The notes: generated by a model not told the origin, from the letters alone. A DNA stretch of 64,000 nt from a candidate division FCPU426 bacterium (GCA_040756875.1 JBFLYH010000001.1:576001-640000), one strand, 5' to 3'. Counted from the stretch's first letter, positions 50,052-60,469 are shown. Translations and numbers: made by a program.

Positions 50052-51317
50052 ATGAAATACATTCTTCTGGTCGGAGACGGGATGGCTGATCATCCCCATC
50101 CGGAATTAGGCCAACGTACCCCTTTGCAGGCGGCCAACACGCCTAACCTGGATTTTCTCGCCTGCCATGGTATTTTCGGCACTGTGCATACCTTGGTTTC
50201 GGGGTATCCGCTGGGATCGGATGTTGCCAATTTAGTCTTGATGGGTTATGACCCGAAAGTGTATTACTCCGGCCGATCTCCCCTGGAAGCGGCCAACATC
50301 GGGGTGGATCTGGGCCCCAAAGACGTGGCGTTCCGCTGCAATCTGGTGTCGGTCCGCAATGGAATCATGCAGGATTTTTCATCCGGTCACATCCCCACGG
50401 ACGAAGCCAAGCCCCTTGTAAAGCTGCTTGATCAAAAATTTGGGACGGACAAGATCAAGTTCTACACAGGAACCAGCTACCGCCACCTGGTCGTTTGGCG
50501 GAACGGTCCTTTGCAGGCCCGCTGCACCCCGCCCCATGACATTAGCGGCCAGGAGATTGCCGGATACCTGCCCAAAGGGCCCGGGCATCGGGACCTGGTC
50601 CAGCTCATGCAGGATTCCCAGCTGCTGTTGGAGGGGCATGAAATCAACCGTGAACGCCGGCGCGAAGGCAAGCCGCCGGCCAATATGGCCTGGTTGTGGG
50701 GCCAGGGCACCAAACCCAACATGCCGACCCTAACCGAACGTTACCAACTCAGCGGCAGCGTGATTTCGGCCGTGGATCTGGTCAAAGGCATAGGTATTTA
50801 TGCTGGTTTATCGGTGGTGAACGTACCCGGCGCTACCGGTTATTTGGATACGAATTATGCCGGAAAGGTCGAAGCCGCTTTGAAGGTGTTAAAAAAGCAT
50901 GATTTTGTCTTTATTCACGTGGAAGCGCCGGACGAGTGCGGACACAATGGGGATGTAAAAGGCAAAGTGAAGGCCATTGAGGATTTCGATGAAAAAATCG
51001 TGGGAGCCGTACTGAAAGGCCTGGAAGGCGTGAAAGAATACCGTTTGCTGGTGTTGCCAGACCATCCCACGCCCCTGGATGTCCGTACGCATGTGGATGA
51101 GCCGGTGCCTTTTGTCATCTATCAGCCGGGCCGTGAGCCGAATGCGGGGATCACGGGGTACGATGAAACCCAAGCGGCCGCCTCGGGCACGCACTTGGAA
51201 GAAGGGTGGCGCTTGATGGATTTCTTCATTACCGGACAAAAACCGGAGCCTGAGCCTCAATCCCAGGAATCTCCGGATGCGACCCAAGCCGTTTCAAGCC
51301 AGGGGGAGGTTGCGTAA
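50052..51317 (+). CDS. ApgM-like cofactor-independent phosphoglycerate mutase family protein (proposed homoserine kinase subfamily)
   Basis: GDGMAD, GSDVAN, GRSPLEAA, FRCNL, SYRH, TPPHD, HVEAPDECGH, PDHPTP. Confidence 0.9.
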   Translation: MKYILLVGDGMADHPHPELGQRTPLQAANTPNLDFLACHGIFGTVHTLVSGYPLGSDVANLVLMGYDPKVYYSGRSPLEAANIGVDLGPKDVAFRCNLVSVRNGIMQDFSSGHIPTDEAKPLVKLLDQKFGTDKIKFYTGTSYRHLVVWRNGPLQARCTPPHDISGQEIAGYLPKGPGHRDLVQLMQDSQLLLEGHEINRERRREGKPPANMAWLWGQGTKPNMPTLTERYQLSGSVISAVDLVKGIGIYAGLSVVNVPGATGYLDTNYAGKVEAALKVLKKHDFVFIHVEAPDECGHNGDVKGKVKAIEDFDEKIVGAVLKGLEGVKEYRLLVLPDHPTPLDVRTHVDEPVPFVIYQPGREPNAGITGYDETQAAASGTHLEEGWRLMDFFITGQKPEPEPQSQESPDATQAVSSQGEVA

Positions 51318-51319
51318 GG

Positions 51320-52546
51320 ATGCTAAAGAATCTTTCGGTCTTGAAATTCGGGGGCGCCACCCTGGCCACGCCGGAATTGATGAAAGGCGTGGCACAGAGG
51401 ATCAACGAGATCAAGAATCAAGGCAGTGATGTGGTGGTCGTGGTGTCGGCGCCGGGGGATATGACCGACGAATTGATCGCCAAGGCTAAAGCGATCACTC
51501 CCTTTCCGGACGAACGGGAGATGGACATGCTGCTGGCCACGGGCGAGCAACAATCCATCGCCCTGATGGCCATCGCCCTGAAATCCCTCAATTGCGATGC
51601 GATTTCATTCACGGGCCCCCAGGTGGGGATCATCACCGATGATGCGCACAACAAGGCCCGGATCGTCAAAATGGGCGGAGACAAAATCCGCAAAGCGCTT
51701 CATCTGGGAAAAGTTGTGATTGTGGCCGGTTTTCAAGGTGAAACCGAGGACGAGGAAATAACCACCCTGGGGCGGGGCGGATCGGATTTGACGGCAGTGG
51801 CTCTGGCAGCCGCCCTGAGCGCCACGATTTGCGAGTTTTACAAGGATGTGGACGGAGTGTTTACTGCGGATCCGCGAGTGGTGCCCAACGCCTCCAAGCT
51901 GAGTCAGCTGACCTACGATGAAATGCTGGAAATGGCCAGTTCGGGCGCCCAGGTACTGTTCAATCGCTCGGTCGAATTCGCCAAAAAGAACAAGATTGTA
52001 CTGCATGTCCGCTCCAGCACCAAACCGGATTCGGGCACGCTGATCATGGAGGAGGTCCGACAAATGGAAGGGGTTCTGGTTTCGGGAGTTACCCATACCA
52101 AGGATGAAGCTAAAATCACCATTCTGTGGGTGCCGGATAAACCCGGAATTGCCGCCAAGATATTCAGCCGCCTGGCGGATGAAGACCTGAATATCGACGT
52201 CATCGTGCAGGATATTTCGGAGGAAGGCTCCACCAACATTTCCTTCACGATTCCCGAAAAGGATCTGCCGAAAGCCAAACGCGTCGTGGAGGCTTTGGTG
52301 GCCGAGATCGGAGCCAAAGGATTCCAGGCGGATGACCGGATCGGCAAAGTCAGCGTGGTTGGAGTGGGTATGCGTTCACATTCCGGCGTGGCGGCGGCGA
52401 TGTTTCAAGCCTTGTATGAAAAGGGCATAAACATCCTGATGATTTCAACCTCGGAAATAAAGATATCCTGCATTGTGAACGAAGACCGGGTGGAAGAAGC
52501 AGTAAGGGCGATTCATGAGCGTTTCAAGCTGTCCAATCTGACTTGA
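51320..52546 (+). CDS. lysC: Aspartate kinase with two ACT domains
   Basis: KFGG, DMLLATGEQ, VAGFQG, TLGRGGSDLTA, DVDGVFTADPR, VGVGMRSHSG, STSEIKIS. Confidence 0.97.
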   Translation: MLKNLSVLKFGGATLATPELMKGVAQRINEIKNQGSDVVVVVSAPGDMTDELIAKAKAITPFPDEREMDMLLATGEQQSIALMAIALKSLNCDAISFTGPQVGIITDDAHNKARIVKMGGDKIRKALHLGKVVIVAGFQGETEDEEITTLGRGGSDLTAVALAAALSATICEFYKDVDGVFTADPRVVPNASKLSQLTYDEMLEMASSGAQVLFNRSVEFAKKNKIVLHVRSSTKPDSGTLIMEEVRQMEGVLVSGVTHTKDEAKITILWVPDKPGIAAKIFSRLADEDLNIDVIVQDISEEGSTNISFTIPEKDLPKAKRVVEALVAEIGAKGFQADDRIGKVSVVGVGMRSHSGVAAAMFQALYEKGINILMISTSEIKISCIVNEDRVEEAVRAIHERFKLSNLT

Positions 52547-52638
52547 TTGCATAAAGGCTTAAAATAAGGGGATTTTCTCGCCGTTACACTTGACGGGGTA
52601 ATGAGGCCCGAAGGGGTCGTTAGGATCAAGAGGGATCA

Positions 52639-52962
52639 ATGCTTGACGTTAATGATCAGACGTTCGACCGGGAAGTAATCAAATCAGAAAGCCTGGTGGT
52701 CGTGGACTTTTGGGCTGCCTGGTGCGGACCCTGCCGCATGCTGGCACCGGTCGTGGAAGAATTCGCCCGCGATTACCAGGGGCGTTTGAAAGTATTCCGC
52801 CTGGACGTGGATGCCAATCCCAATGCTGCCGGGCGTTTTGCGATACGGTCCATCCCGTCCCTGCTTTTTTTTAAAAACGGCCGGCTGGTTAACCAGTTGG
52901 TCGGCGCCTGTACAAAATCCAAAATGGCATCAATTGCCGATGAAATTCTGGGCGGCCGATGA
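52639..52962 (+). CDS. trxA: Thioredoxin
   Basis: VDFWAAWCGPC, IRSIP. Confidence 0.97.
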   Translation: MLDVNDQTFDREVIKSESLVVVDFWAAWCGPCRMLAPVVEEFARDYQGRLKVFRLDVDANPNAAGRFAIRSIPSLLFFKNGRLVNQLVGACTKSKMASIADEILGGR

Positions 52963-53903
52963 GTGATCCGGCTGCAGGCATCGACATCCTCATCATAGGC
53001 GGCGGCCCGGCCGGGCTCGCAGCCGGCTTATATGCGGTCCGGACCGGCCGTTCGGTGCTGCTGCTGGAGCAATTCGTGCCCGGCGGCCAAGTGGGGAATA
53101 CCTGGCAGGTCGACAATTATCCCGGGCTGGCGCATATTTCAGGCCCGGATCTTATGCAGAAGATGGAAAGCCAGGTTCGGGATCTCGGCCTGACCATAGA
53201 AACTTCGCCAGTAACCGGAGTAACCCCCGGGCCGATCCACACGGTTCATACGCCAGCAAAGGATTATTCCGCCCGGACGGTGATCCTGGCCGTGGGTGCT
53301 GTGCCCAAACCACTTGGGATTCCGGGCGAACAAGAATACCGCGGACGGGGCGTTTCGTATTGCGGAACTTGCGATGGCCCCTTTTTCCGCCAGCAGCCAG
53401 TGGCGGTCATCGGGGGTGGTAATACTGCTCTGGAAGAAGCTGAATTTTTAACTCGTTTTGCCTCCAAAGTTTACCTTGTACACCGACGCCCCCAATTCCG
53501 CGCCGACCACATTGTCCAGGAACATGTCCTGAAGAACCCGAAAATCGAAATCGTCACTCCCTATGTTCCGCAGGAGGTTCTCGGAAAGGAACAGGGCGTG
53601 ACCGGATTGAGGATCAGCCACCGCGAACAACCCGAGTGCCGCGATCTGGAAGTGAAAGGGGTCTTTGTGTTTGTGGGATGGACGCCCCAAACCGAGGCGT
53701 TTCGAAAGACCGTGGATTGCGATGATGAAGGATATATCCGGACTGATCAAACTTTCGGCACTTCGGTGCCTGGAATCTTTGCCGCCGGGGATTGCAGGGC
53801 CAACCTGCTCAAACAAATCGTGGTCGCGGCCGGGGAAGGCGCGACCGCCGCGGTCATGGCTGACCGGTTTCTGGCGACCCATGCCGCCCCGGCTCGAAAA
53901 TAA
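52959..53903 (+). CDS. trxB: Thioredoxin reductase
   Basis: GGGPAG, GRGVSYCGTCDG, GGGNTA, VHRR, GIFAAGD. Confidence 0.97.
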   Translation: MSDPAAGIDILIIGGGPAGLAAGLYAVRTGRSVLLLEQFVPGGQVGNTWQVDNYPGLAHISGPDLMQKMESQVRDLGLTIETSPVTGVTPGPIHTVHTPAKDYSARTVILAVGAVPKPLGIPGEQEYRGRGVSYCGTCDGPFFRQQPVAVIGGGNTALEEAEFLTRFASKVYLVHRRPQFRADHIVQEHVLKNPKIEIVTPYVPQEVLGKEQGVTGLRISHREQPECRDLEVKGVFVFVGWTPQTEAFRKTVDCDDEGYIRTDQTFGTSVPGIFAAGDCRANLLKQIVVAAGEGATAAVMADRFLATHAAPARK

Positions 53904-53904
53904 T

Positions 53905-53933
53905 TTGCACTTCCCACCATCGTCTGCTAAACT
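53905..53933 (+). promoter_or_regulatory. Promoter of the second PorV/cargo locus
   Basis: TTGCAC, 17 bp, TAAACT with a TG extension. Confidence 0.6.
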
Positions 53934-53990
53934 TTTATTTCCTTGCCTATTCCATTCCTTCAATCCCATCATCTGGGTTGGGAGCGCTGC

Positions 53991-55334
53991 ATGCGCCATA
54001 TTTTAAGCGCCTTATTGGCCGGTGTCTTGTTTTTCTGCGGCGCGGTTTCTCAAGGCGCCCAAGTGGAATACCGCTCTGCCCGCATGAGCAACGCGTTTTT
54101 AGATGTGGGAGTCGGCGCCCGGGGCGTCGCTTTGGGAGAGGCCTTCACAGGCGCAGCGGATGACGTGTCCAGTTTGTACTGGAATCCCGCGGGACTGGGG
54201 CACCTGCGCGCCTGGCAGGTGCAATTGATGCACAACCTGTGGTTTGCGGGCATCAGCCAGGAGTTTGCCGCCTGCGCCATACCCCTGGGCCGCGGAACCG
54301 CCGGCGTTTCGGTCAGCTGGTTCAATTATGGAGAACTGACACGGGCCGACGAGTTCGGCAGGGATTTGGGCCAGTTCAATGCGTATGATCTTAATCCGGG
54401 CATTGGGTACGGCCAGCAGTTTTCCCCCTTTTTCAGCGGAGGGGCCGCTCTTTATATTCCCGTCTCAATGATCGATGACTCGTCGCAAATCTCTTTTGCC
54501 CTCACGCTCGGCGCCCAATATCAATTGCCCAGTTATTCGCCCCTGACCCTCGGCCTGACGGTTCGCAATCTCGGGAGCGGCATTGGGCATGGGTCCCAAC
54601 CCAGTCAGGTGCTCCTGGGCGCGGCCTGGACCGGCGCGTTTCCCGATTTGCGGTTGTCGCTGGATCTCGGCAAACGGCTGGCGGAGGATGTGACCAGCTT
54701 CAATCTGGGGGCGGAGTACAACTGGCAGGGGTTGCTGTGGCCCCGCCTTGGCTACCATTCCACCAATGAAACCAGCGGGTTGGGGAACGGTCTGGCCGGG
54801 TTGTCCGCAGGCGTGGGATATCACCAACCGCTCGGCGATCTGGTCTTGATCCTTGATTATGCCTTCGTGCCATACGGTGATTTGGGGGCCACCCATCGTC
54901 TGGCCATAAGCGTTGAATTCGGCTCGCTTCCCGCGGCCCAACCGTCAGCCGCGGTTCCTGCCGCTGCGCAAATCGCTCCGGCCAAGGCGGCTGCGCTTCC
55001 TCCCAAAACAACGGCAGCGCCGGTTCAGGCCGTTAAAACCGAAAAAGCGCCGGAAAAAGCGTCTCCCCCGGCCAAAGTGAAAGCCAAAACGTTGGGGCCC
55101 AAGATCAAGCTGTCCTGGCAACCCGGGCCGTCGGCCGCGGCAGGATATCAAGTATTCATGAAATCCGGCGCCAAAGGCCGGTATGAACGCCTGAATGCCC
55201 ACCCCGTGCAACGGGAAGAATTCACCACCAAAACGCTGAAACGCAAACGGACGTATTATTTCCAAATCAAGGCCGTTGACCGGCAGGGGCGCTTGAGCGA
55301 GGCTTCGCCGGAGCTGAAAGTCTATTTGAAGTAA
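53991..55334 (+). CDS. PorV/PorQ-family beta-barrel 3 fused to a C-terminal fibronectin type III domain
   Basis: [40 protein letters not shown]; Ala/Pro/Lys linker; FN3 LSW..GYQVF..YYFQIKAVD..LSEAS. Confidence 0.88.
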   Translation: MRHILSALLAGVLFFCGAVSQGAQVEYRSARMSNAFLDVGVGARGVALGEAFTGAADDVSSLYWNPAGLGHLRAWQVQLMHNLWFAGISQEFAACAIPLGRGTAGVSVSWFNYGELTRADEFGRDLGQFNAYDLNPGIGYGQQFSPFFSGGAALYIPVSMIDDSSQISFALTLGAQYQLPSYSPLTLGLTVRNLGSGIGHGSQPSQVLLGAAWTGAFPDLRLSLDLGKRLAEDVTSFNLGAEYNWQGLLWPRLGYHSTNETSGLGNGLAGLSAGVGYHQPLGDLVLILDYAFVPYGDLGATHRLAISVEFGSLPAAQPSAAVPAAAQIAPAKAAALPPKTTAAPVQAVKTEKAPEKASPPAKVKAKTLGPKIKLSWQPGPSAAAGYQVFMKSGAKGRYERLNAHPVQREEFTTKTLKRKRTYYFQIKAVDRQGRLSEASPELKVYLK

Positions 55335-55382
55335 AACGTCGCCTCTGACTTCATGCTGAGCATTCAAAGAGGAGGGGTAAAT

Positions 55383-57215
55383 ATGCACAAGCAAGGGATG
55401 AAAAAAATGATTTGGCTGGCCTGCGCTGCCTGGCTGGCCCTGCCGGCAGCCACCTGGGCGGCGTATTCCTGGGTGATCGAAGGAGGCGGTACGCTGAATT
55501 CGGACAATACCCGGGACGGCGCGTTCGGCTCCCTGGCCAGCGACGGCACGCAAATGTATACCGCCTACATCGAAAACATCGCCCAACCGACTCCTCCTTC
55601 CAGGTTCTGGGTCTATGTGAAGTTTTACAACGGTTCGGGCTGGCAAATGGTGGGGAACACCACCTGCAGCTATACCACGGGCCGGTCATGCAAATATCCT
55701 GACATCATCGCCGCGGGCACCAACAATCTCTGGGTGGCTTTCCCGCAATTCGACGCCGGTGGAAACACCTATACCACCCAGCTGGCCATTTCCCACTGGA
55801 ATGGTTCCGATTGGAACCAGAAGTGGTCCCTGCGGCATGACGACGGCTACTGGTGTGAATTTCCTTCCGTTGCCCAATACAACGGCACGCCGTATGTCGT
55901 CTGGCAGGAGAACACCCGCGGGAATGGGTACGACTTTAACGGCCACATTTATGCCGCGCGCCTGAACGGCAGCACATGGGATTTCCTGGGCGGGAATTTG
56001 GACACTTATTCTGGCGGGGAATACGCCACCACGCCGGATGTCTGCGTGGATCCGGCCACCGGGGTCCCTTACGCGACCTATATCGACAGCAATAATGTCT
56101 ATGTGAAGAAGTGGAACGGCAACGATTGGGAACAAGTCGGCGGGCAAGTCAATGTCGGACATTATTACGCCTACAATCCCACCATTGACCATGACGGGAC
56201 CCATCTGGTGGTCACTTACAGCCACTGGTATTCCGGATACATGGTTCGGATTTACGTGCACCGTTGGAACGGCTCGAGCTGGGAACAGATTGGAAATGCG
56301 CTTAACAACGACACCAGCCACGATGCCTGGTATCCTATCGTCAAACTCTACGGCGGAGCCATGTATGTGGCGTTTGAAGAGAGCTTTTATTATCCCAATG
56401 CCTTCAATTATCTTAAAACCTTTAATGGCACCAGCTGGGAAACCCTGGCCGGCGCCCTGTCATACGATGTCTCCCAAAATGTCTTTGAGCCGGACATGGC
56501 CTTCCATAACGGCGTGCCGTACGTGACGTGGTACGAGCCGCTGGCAGGGCCCGGAACCAACCTGGCCTATACCGCCCGTTTGGACAATGTCATCCCCACC
56601 TCGACCGTGACCTCCACGTTCACGATTACTCCCACGGTCACAGTCACCCCGACCTTGACGGAAACGGAGATTGTGACCGCAACACCCACTTCGACCATCA
56701 GCCCCACGGACACCCCCGTGCCGCCGGGTTCCACGGAAACCGACACGCCGACTTCCACGGAGACAGTCACCCGGACGTTCACAACCACGCCGACGCGGAC
56801 CATTTCGCCTACGCGCACGCCGACGCCCACTCATACTCCGGTGCTGAGCCCGACGATCACCCCGACCCCGACGGCCACGCAGACCATCTCCCGGACCGTA
56901 ACGCCCACGATCACGCTCACTCCCTATCCGATCCTCGATCAGGAAATCGTGGCTTACCCGAATCCGGCCAAAGACCGCGTGGTGTTCGCCTACCGCCTGG
57001 ATGCCGCCTCGGATGTTACGATCCGGATTTACGACCTGAACGGCAGCGAAGTGGCGCGCATCAACAATCCCGGCCAAGCCGTCAGCGCTGGTGCGCAAAG
57101 CGTCTGGACGCTGGAGAAAGCCGCCAGCGGCATTTATCTGGTGCGGGTAGTCATCGAGCCGTTGAACGGTTCGGCCAAACGCGAAAAGACCCTGAAAATT
57201 GCGGTTGTGAAATAA
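55383..57215 (+). CDS. Secreted Trp-rich beta-propeller protein with Thr/Pro linker and T9SS-like CTD
   Basis: Signal peptide; repeated (W/Y/F)NGxxW blades; TPT tract; CTD AYPNPA..IYDLNG..ASGIYLV..KIAVVK. Confidence 0.86.
   Translation: MHKQGMKKMIWLACAAWLALPAATWAAYSWVIEGGGTLNSDNTRDGAFGSLASDGTQMYTAYIENIAQPTPPSRFWVYVKFYNGSGWQMVGNTTCSYTTGRSCKYPDIIAAGTNNLWVAFPQFDAGGNTYTTQLAISHWNGSDWNQKWSLRHDDGYWCEFPSVAQYNGTPYVVWQENTRGNGYDFNGHIYAARLNGSTWDFLGGNLDTYSGGEYATTPDVCVDPATGVPYATYIDSNNVYVKKWNGNDWEQVGGQVNVGHYYAYNPTIDHDGTHLVVTYSHWYSGYMVRIYVHRWNGSSWEQIGNALNNDTSHDAWYPIVKLYGGAMYVAFEESFYYPNAFNYLKTFNGTSWETLAGALSYDVSQNVFEPDMAFHNGVPYVTWYEPLAGPGTNLAYTARLDNVIPTSTVTSTFTITPTVTVTPTLTETEIVTATPTSTISPTDTPVPPGSTETDTPTSTETVTRTFTTTPTRTISPTRTPTPTHTPVLSPTITPTPTATQTISRTVTPTITLTPYPILDQEIVAYPNPAKDRVVFAYRLDAASDVTIRIYDLNGSEVARINNPGQAVSAGAQSVWTLEKAASGIYLVRVVIEPLNGSAKREKTLKIAVVK
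56590..56925 (+). repeat. Thr/Pro coding repeat tract
   Basis: TxTPT repeats of the same style as 34445-35545. Confidence 0.8.
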
Positions 57216-57231
57216 CCCGGAGGTGACGCAC

Positions 57232-58179
57232 ATGCACAAATCCTCGACTTGGTTGATTTTGGGAACCCTCGTGTTCTGTTGCGGCGGGACGCTGTGGGCG
57301 GAACAAGTGAATTTCGCAGCCGGCGAAACGGCGGCTGCTTATCTCAACCTGCCGGTGAACGCCAGGCAAACCGGCATGGCCGGCGCCGGCGTGGCCGTAG
57401 CCGACGATCTGGGGGCGCTGACCGTCAACCCGGCCGGTTTGAGCCGCATGCAGGGCGCTGAGCTTCAGGCGTTGCACGGCTTTTGGGTGCAGGATATTTT
57501 TTATGATTATTTGGCATTCGGCCAGCCCGTGGACGCGGGAACAGCGGTGGCCGCCAGCCTGGCTTACTTCAATTTCGGATCCATGGACAAATACGTCATG
57601 GATGCGATCGGCAATCCGGTGGCCCAAGGCACGTTCACACCGTATGTCTATTTGCTGACAGCCGGCGTGGGTCAGAGCGTGCTGCCTGAACTCGGCGTGG
57701 GGCTGAACCTTAAATACTTGTCGCAGAACATCGACACCAGTTCTTCCACGGCCTTTGCCGTCGACCTGGGCGCCGCCTACGCGACCGACATCAAGGGCTT
57801 GAACGTGGGCCTGACCTTGAGCAACATCGGCAGCGAACTGGACGGGAAATCATTGCCCCTGGACGTCAACCTGGGCGCCGCCTATCAGCTGGCACTGCAG
57901 GGATTGGGCCAGGACCAGCTCAATGTCACCGCCGAAGCGGCGATCCCCACGATGGCCAGCGATAATTACGACGTCATGCTCGGCGCTGAATACTGGTACA
58001 ACCGCCTCCTGGCCTTGCGCGTCGGGTATCAGCTGGATGCGGATGCCGGTTTGGGCGGGATCGAAGGGTTGACCGCCGGACTGGGGTTCAATTACCAGAT
58101 GTTGAGCGTTCAATTCGGGTTTACTTCCCTGGGTGTGCTTGGGGAAGTGTATCAAATCGGCTTGGGATTGAAACTGTAA
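57232..58179 (+). CDS. PorV/PorQ-family beta-barrel 4
   Basis: YLNLPVNARQTGMAGA..VNPAGL; GAEYWY..LRVGY; SD GGAGG. Confidence 0.87.
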   Translation: MHKSSTWLILGTLVFCCGGTLWAEQVNFAAGETAAAYLNLPVNARQTGMAGAGVAVADDLGALTVNPAGLSRMQGAELQALHGFWVQDIFYDYLAFGQPVDAGTAVAASLAYFNFGSMDKYVMDAIGNPVAQGTFTPYVYLLTAGVGQSVLPELGVGLNLKYLSQNIDTSSSTAFAVDLGAAYATDIKGLNVGLTLSNIGSELDGKSLPLDVNLGAAYQLALQGLGQDQLNVTAEAAIPTMASDNYDVMLGAEYWYNRLLALRVGYQLDADAGLGGIEGLTAGLGFNYQMLSVQFGFTSLGVLGEVYQIGLGLKL

Positions 58180-58204
58180 GCGTGGGAAGGGAAGGCGGAG
58201 CGTA

Positions 58205-60469
58205 ATGTCCAGCGGGATAGTGCGGCGCAGCCTCGGCGCGCTGGCGATAGTCATGGCGGGATGTCTTTCGGCGCAAGCCGGTCAAAATACCTGGACCAGC
58301 GCTGGGCCGGAAGGCGCCCGGGTTTTTCAGGCGGCCGTGGACCCGGGCAACTCCCTGACCGTGTTTTGCGCCCTGGGCGAAGGACTCTACCGCACCACGG
58401 ATCAGGGGCAAACCTGGGCGCCGCGCCAAACGGGGCTAGGCGCAGCACCGCGGATCCGAGATTTGGCCATGGATCCGACCAATGGCCAGCGGCTGTATTG
58501 CATCCTGGATAATGACGGCTTTTTCCGCACCCAGGACGGCGGTGCCACCTGGGTCCGACCCGCCGGCGGGATCAACTTTACCGGTCAGGCGCTGGACGGC
58601 ATCGAACTCTCGGCCGGTAATCCGAACATTCTCTATGTGTGGGCGGGCGCGCCGCCCGGGCACCTGTATTTGAGCACGGATTACGGCGATTCCTTCCGGG
58701 AAGTGGGCGGGCAGGGCCTGCCGCTCTCGCAAGGCCGCCTGACGAGCGTGCTGGCCAGCAGCGGCACTTCCAACACGCGGGAAGCTTTTGCGGGATTTGA
58801 CGACGGATTGGGACTGTACTTCACGGCGGACAGCGGCGAGCATTGGTTTCACCACACCGGGTCCATCGGGTATGAATTGCCGGATCCCCTGTCCGTGCTG
58901 TGGATCTGCGAATGTGCTGACACGGCTTTGTATACCTGGGTGGCCATCGGCACGCGGGACAATGCCGTCTGGGTCACGGACGGGTTCGGCGGCCGCTGGT
59001 TCAAGCGGGACGGCAATCTATCATCCAGCGACGACGTCTCGTACCTCTTCAGCCATCCGGCCGCACCGACCACGGTTTATGCCCTGGTGGATCGGAGCGA
59101 CGGCACCCGGAATTTGCTCCGTTCCACCTGGTCCATCACGCCCAGCAACTGGTATTGGAGCACGGTTGAAACCGGCACGGACTCCCTCCGGTTATCTGGT
59201 CCGGATTCGGGTTCAGGCGCGCTGTGGAGCGTCGGGGAATCCGGGTTAAGGTATTCGGAAAACCAGGGAAGTTCCTGGACCAGCCGGATGGGTGGCATAT
59301 ACCAATCCTATGTCACCTCGGTAAGCCAAGGAGCAGGGCACCTGCTGGCGATCATTGGGAACAAGCAATTGGCCTGGAGCCCGGACTTGGGATCGAGCTG
59401 GCAGTCGCTTTCCCATCCTGCCTGGCCTCTGAAAGACAGCTTGGTGATTCCCGCCGCTGTTCCGGCCGGCGTGGATACGTTGCTGCTGGCGACGGATGGC
59501 GGCGGCATCCAGGAGAGTGTCACTACGGGCACGGCGTGGTCCGGCGTGTCTTTTGCCCTGCCGTCGGTTAGCCTGCTGGCTCCGGGAACCAACACGAATA
59601 CATGTTTCGCCGTTACGCCGGCTGGCGAGATCTATATCGGTCAGAAACAGGGGAGTTTTTCCTGGATCTGGACCGCTATGGATGACGGGCTTCCGGCTTC
59701 CCTGACAATCACCGGGATGGCCCAGGATCCGCATGTAACGGAAAACTGGTTTCTTTTCACCTCTGACCGGCAACTCTGGCGGAAATCTGGGGATGCCGAT
59801 TGGCAGCAGGTGACGGCCTGGCAGAATCAGGCGCAAATTTACAGTTTGGCCTTTGATCCGGTCATCCCCGATTCGCTGTATGTCAGCACGGATCAAGGTG
59901 TGTTTTTCAGCGCGGACCAGGGCGCTTCCTGGGGTTCACTGGGGCTGACCTCGCAAACCGTGACTGGAGTTGCCGCCTACCGAAACAGCATTGTCTATGC
60001 AGCCACGCGCGCCCAGGGGGTTCATTGGAAATACCGTCCCGGGGCCACCTGGGACGGCATGACCACGGGATTTCCGGCCAACGGCGAAATCCTGGACTTC
60101 ACGCTGGCCCAGGAATCCCAAACCTTGGTGGCTGCCGTGGCTGATCATGGCGTCCAGGTTTACACGGTGACCGGAGTCAGTCCGGTGGAACCGGATGCCT
60201 CTTCTCAGGCTGGCTGCAAAGTGTTTCCCAATCCGGCCACCGGCGAGATGTTCCAAGTCCGCTTCAATGCCACGGAAACCGGGGAGGCGCAAATCGCGGT
60301 TCTGAACATTGCCGGCCGTCTGGTGACCCAGACCCGCCAGACCGTGGTTTCCACCGGCCTCCAACTGGCGGTCATGGAACTGGGCCGCATGGCCAATGGC
60401 ATTTATATTGTCGTGGTGCGGGTGAACGATAAACAGGTGGGAACCGTCAAGCTCGCGGTCAAACGCTAG
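58205..60469 (+). CDS. Secreted BNR/Asp-box (Vps10/GH74-like) beta-propeller protein with T9SS-like CTD
   Basis: Repeated Asp-boxes (TTDQGQTW, TQDGGATW, STDYGDSF, TADSGEHW, SPDLGSSW, SADQGASW); CTD VFPNPA..NIAGRLV..ANGIYIV..KLAVKR. Confidence 0.87.
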   Translation: MSSGIVRRSLGALAIVMAGCLSAQAGQNTWTSAGPEGARVFQAAVDPGNSLTVFCALGEGLYRTTDQGQTWAPRQTGLGAAPRIRDLAMDPTNGQRLYCILDNDGFFRTQDGGATWVRPAGGINFTGQALDGIELSAGNPNILYVWAGAPPGHLYLSTDYGDSFREVGGQGLPLSQGRLTSVLASSGTSNTREAFAGFDDGLGLYFTADSGEHWFHHTGSIGYELPDPLSVLWICECADTALYTWVAIGTRDNAVWVTDGFGGRWFKRDGNLSSSDDVSYLFSHPAAPTTVYALVDRSDGTRNLLRSTWSITPSNWYWSTVETGTDSLRLSGPDSGSGALWSVGESGLRYSENQGSSWTSRMGGIYQSYVTSVSQGAGHLLAIIGNKQLAWSPDLGSSWQSLSHPAWPLKDSLVIPAAVPAGVDTLLLATDGGGIQESVTTGTAWSGVSFALPSVSLLAPGTNTNTCFAVTPAGEIYIGQKQGSFSWIWTAMDDGLPASLTITGMAQDPHVTENWFLFTSDRQLWRKSGDADWQQVTAWQNQAQIYSLAFDPVIPDSLYVSTDQGVFFSADQGASWGSLGLTSQTVTGVAAYRNSIVYAATRAQGVHWKYRPGATWDGMTTGFPANGEILDFTLAQESQTLVAAVADHGVQVYTVTGVSPVEPDASSQAGCKVFPNPATGEMFQVRFNATETGEAQIAVLNIAGRLVTQTRQTVVSTGLQLAVMELGRMANGIYIVVVRVNDKQVGTVKLAVKR

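Noticed and set aside
29956-60469. Calling these loci a complete canonical T9SS
   Set aside because: No sprA, porK/L/M/N or porU recognisable in the window; only CTD-like cargo and PorV-like barrels are supported
58205-60469. Assigning the BNR protein as xyloglucanase or sialidase
   Set aside because: Asp-boxes indicate fold only; catalytic residues could not be verified
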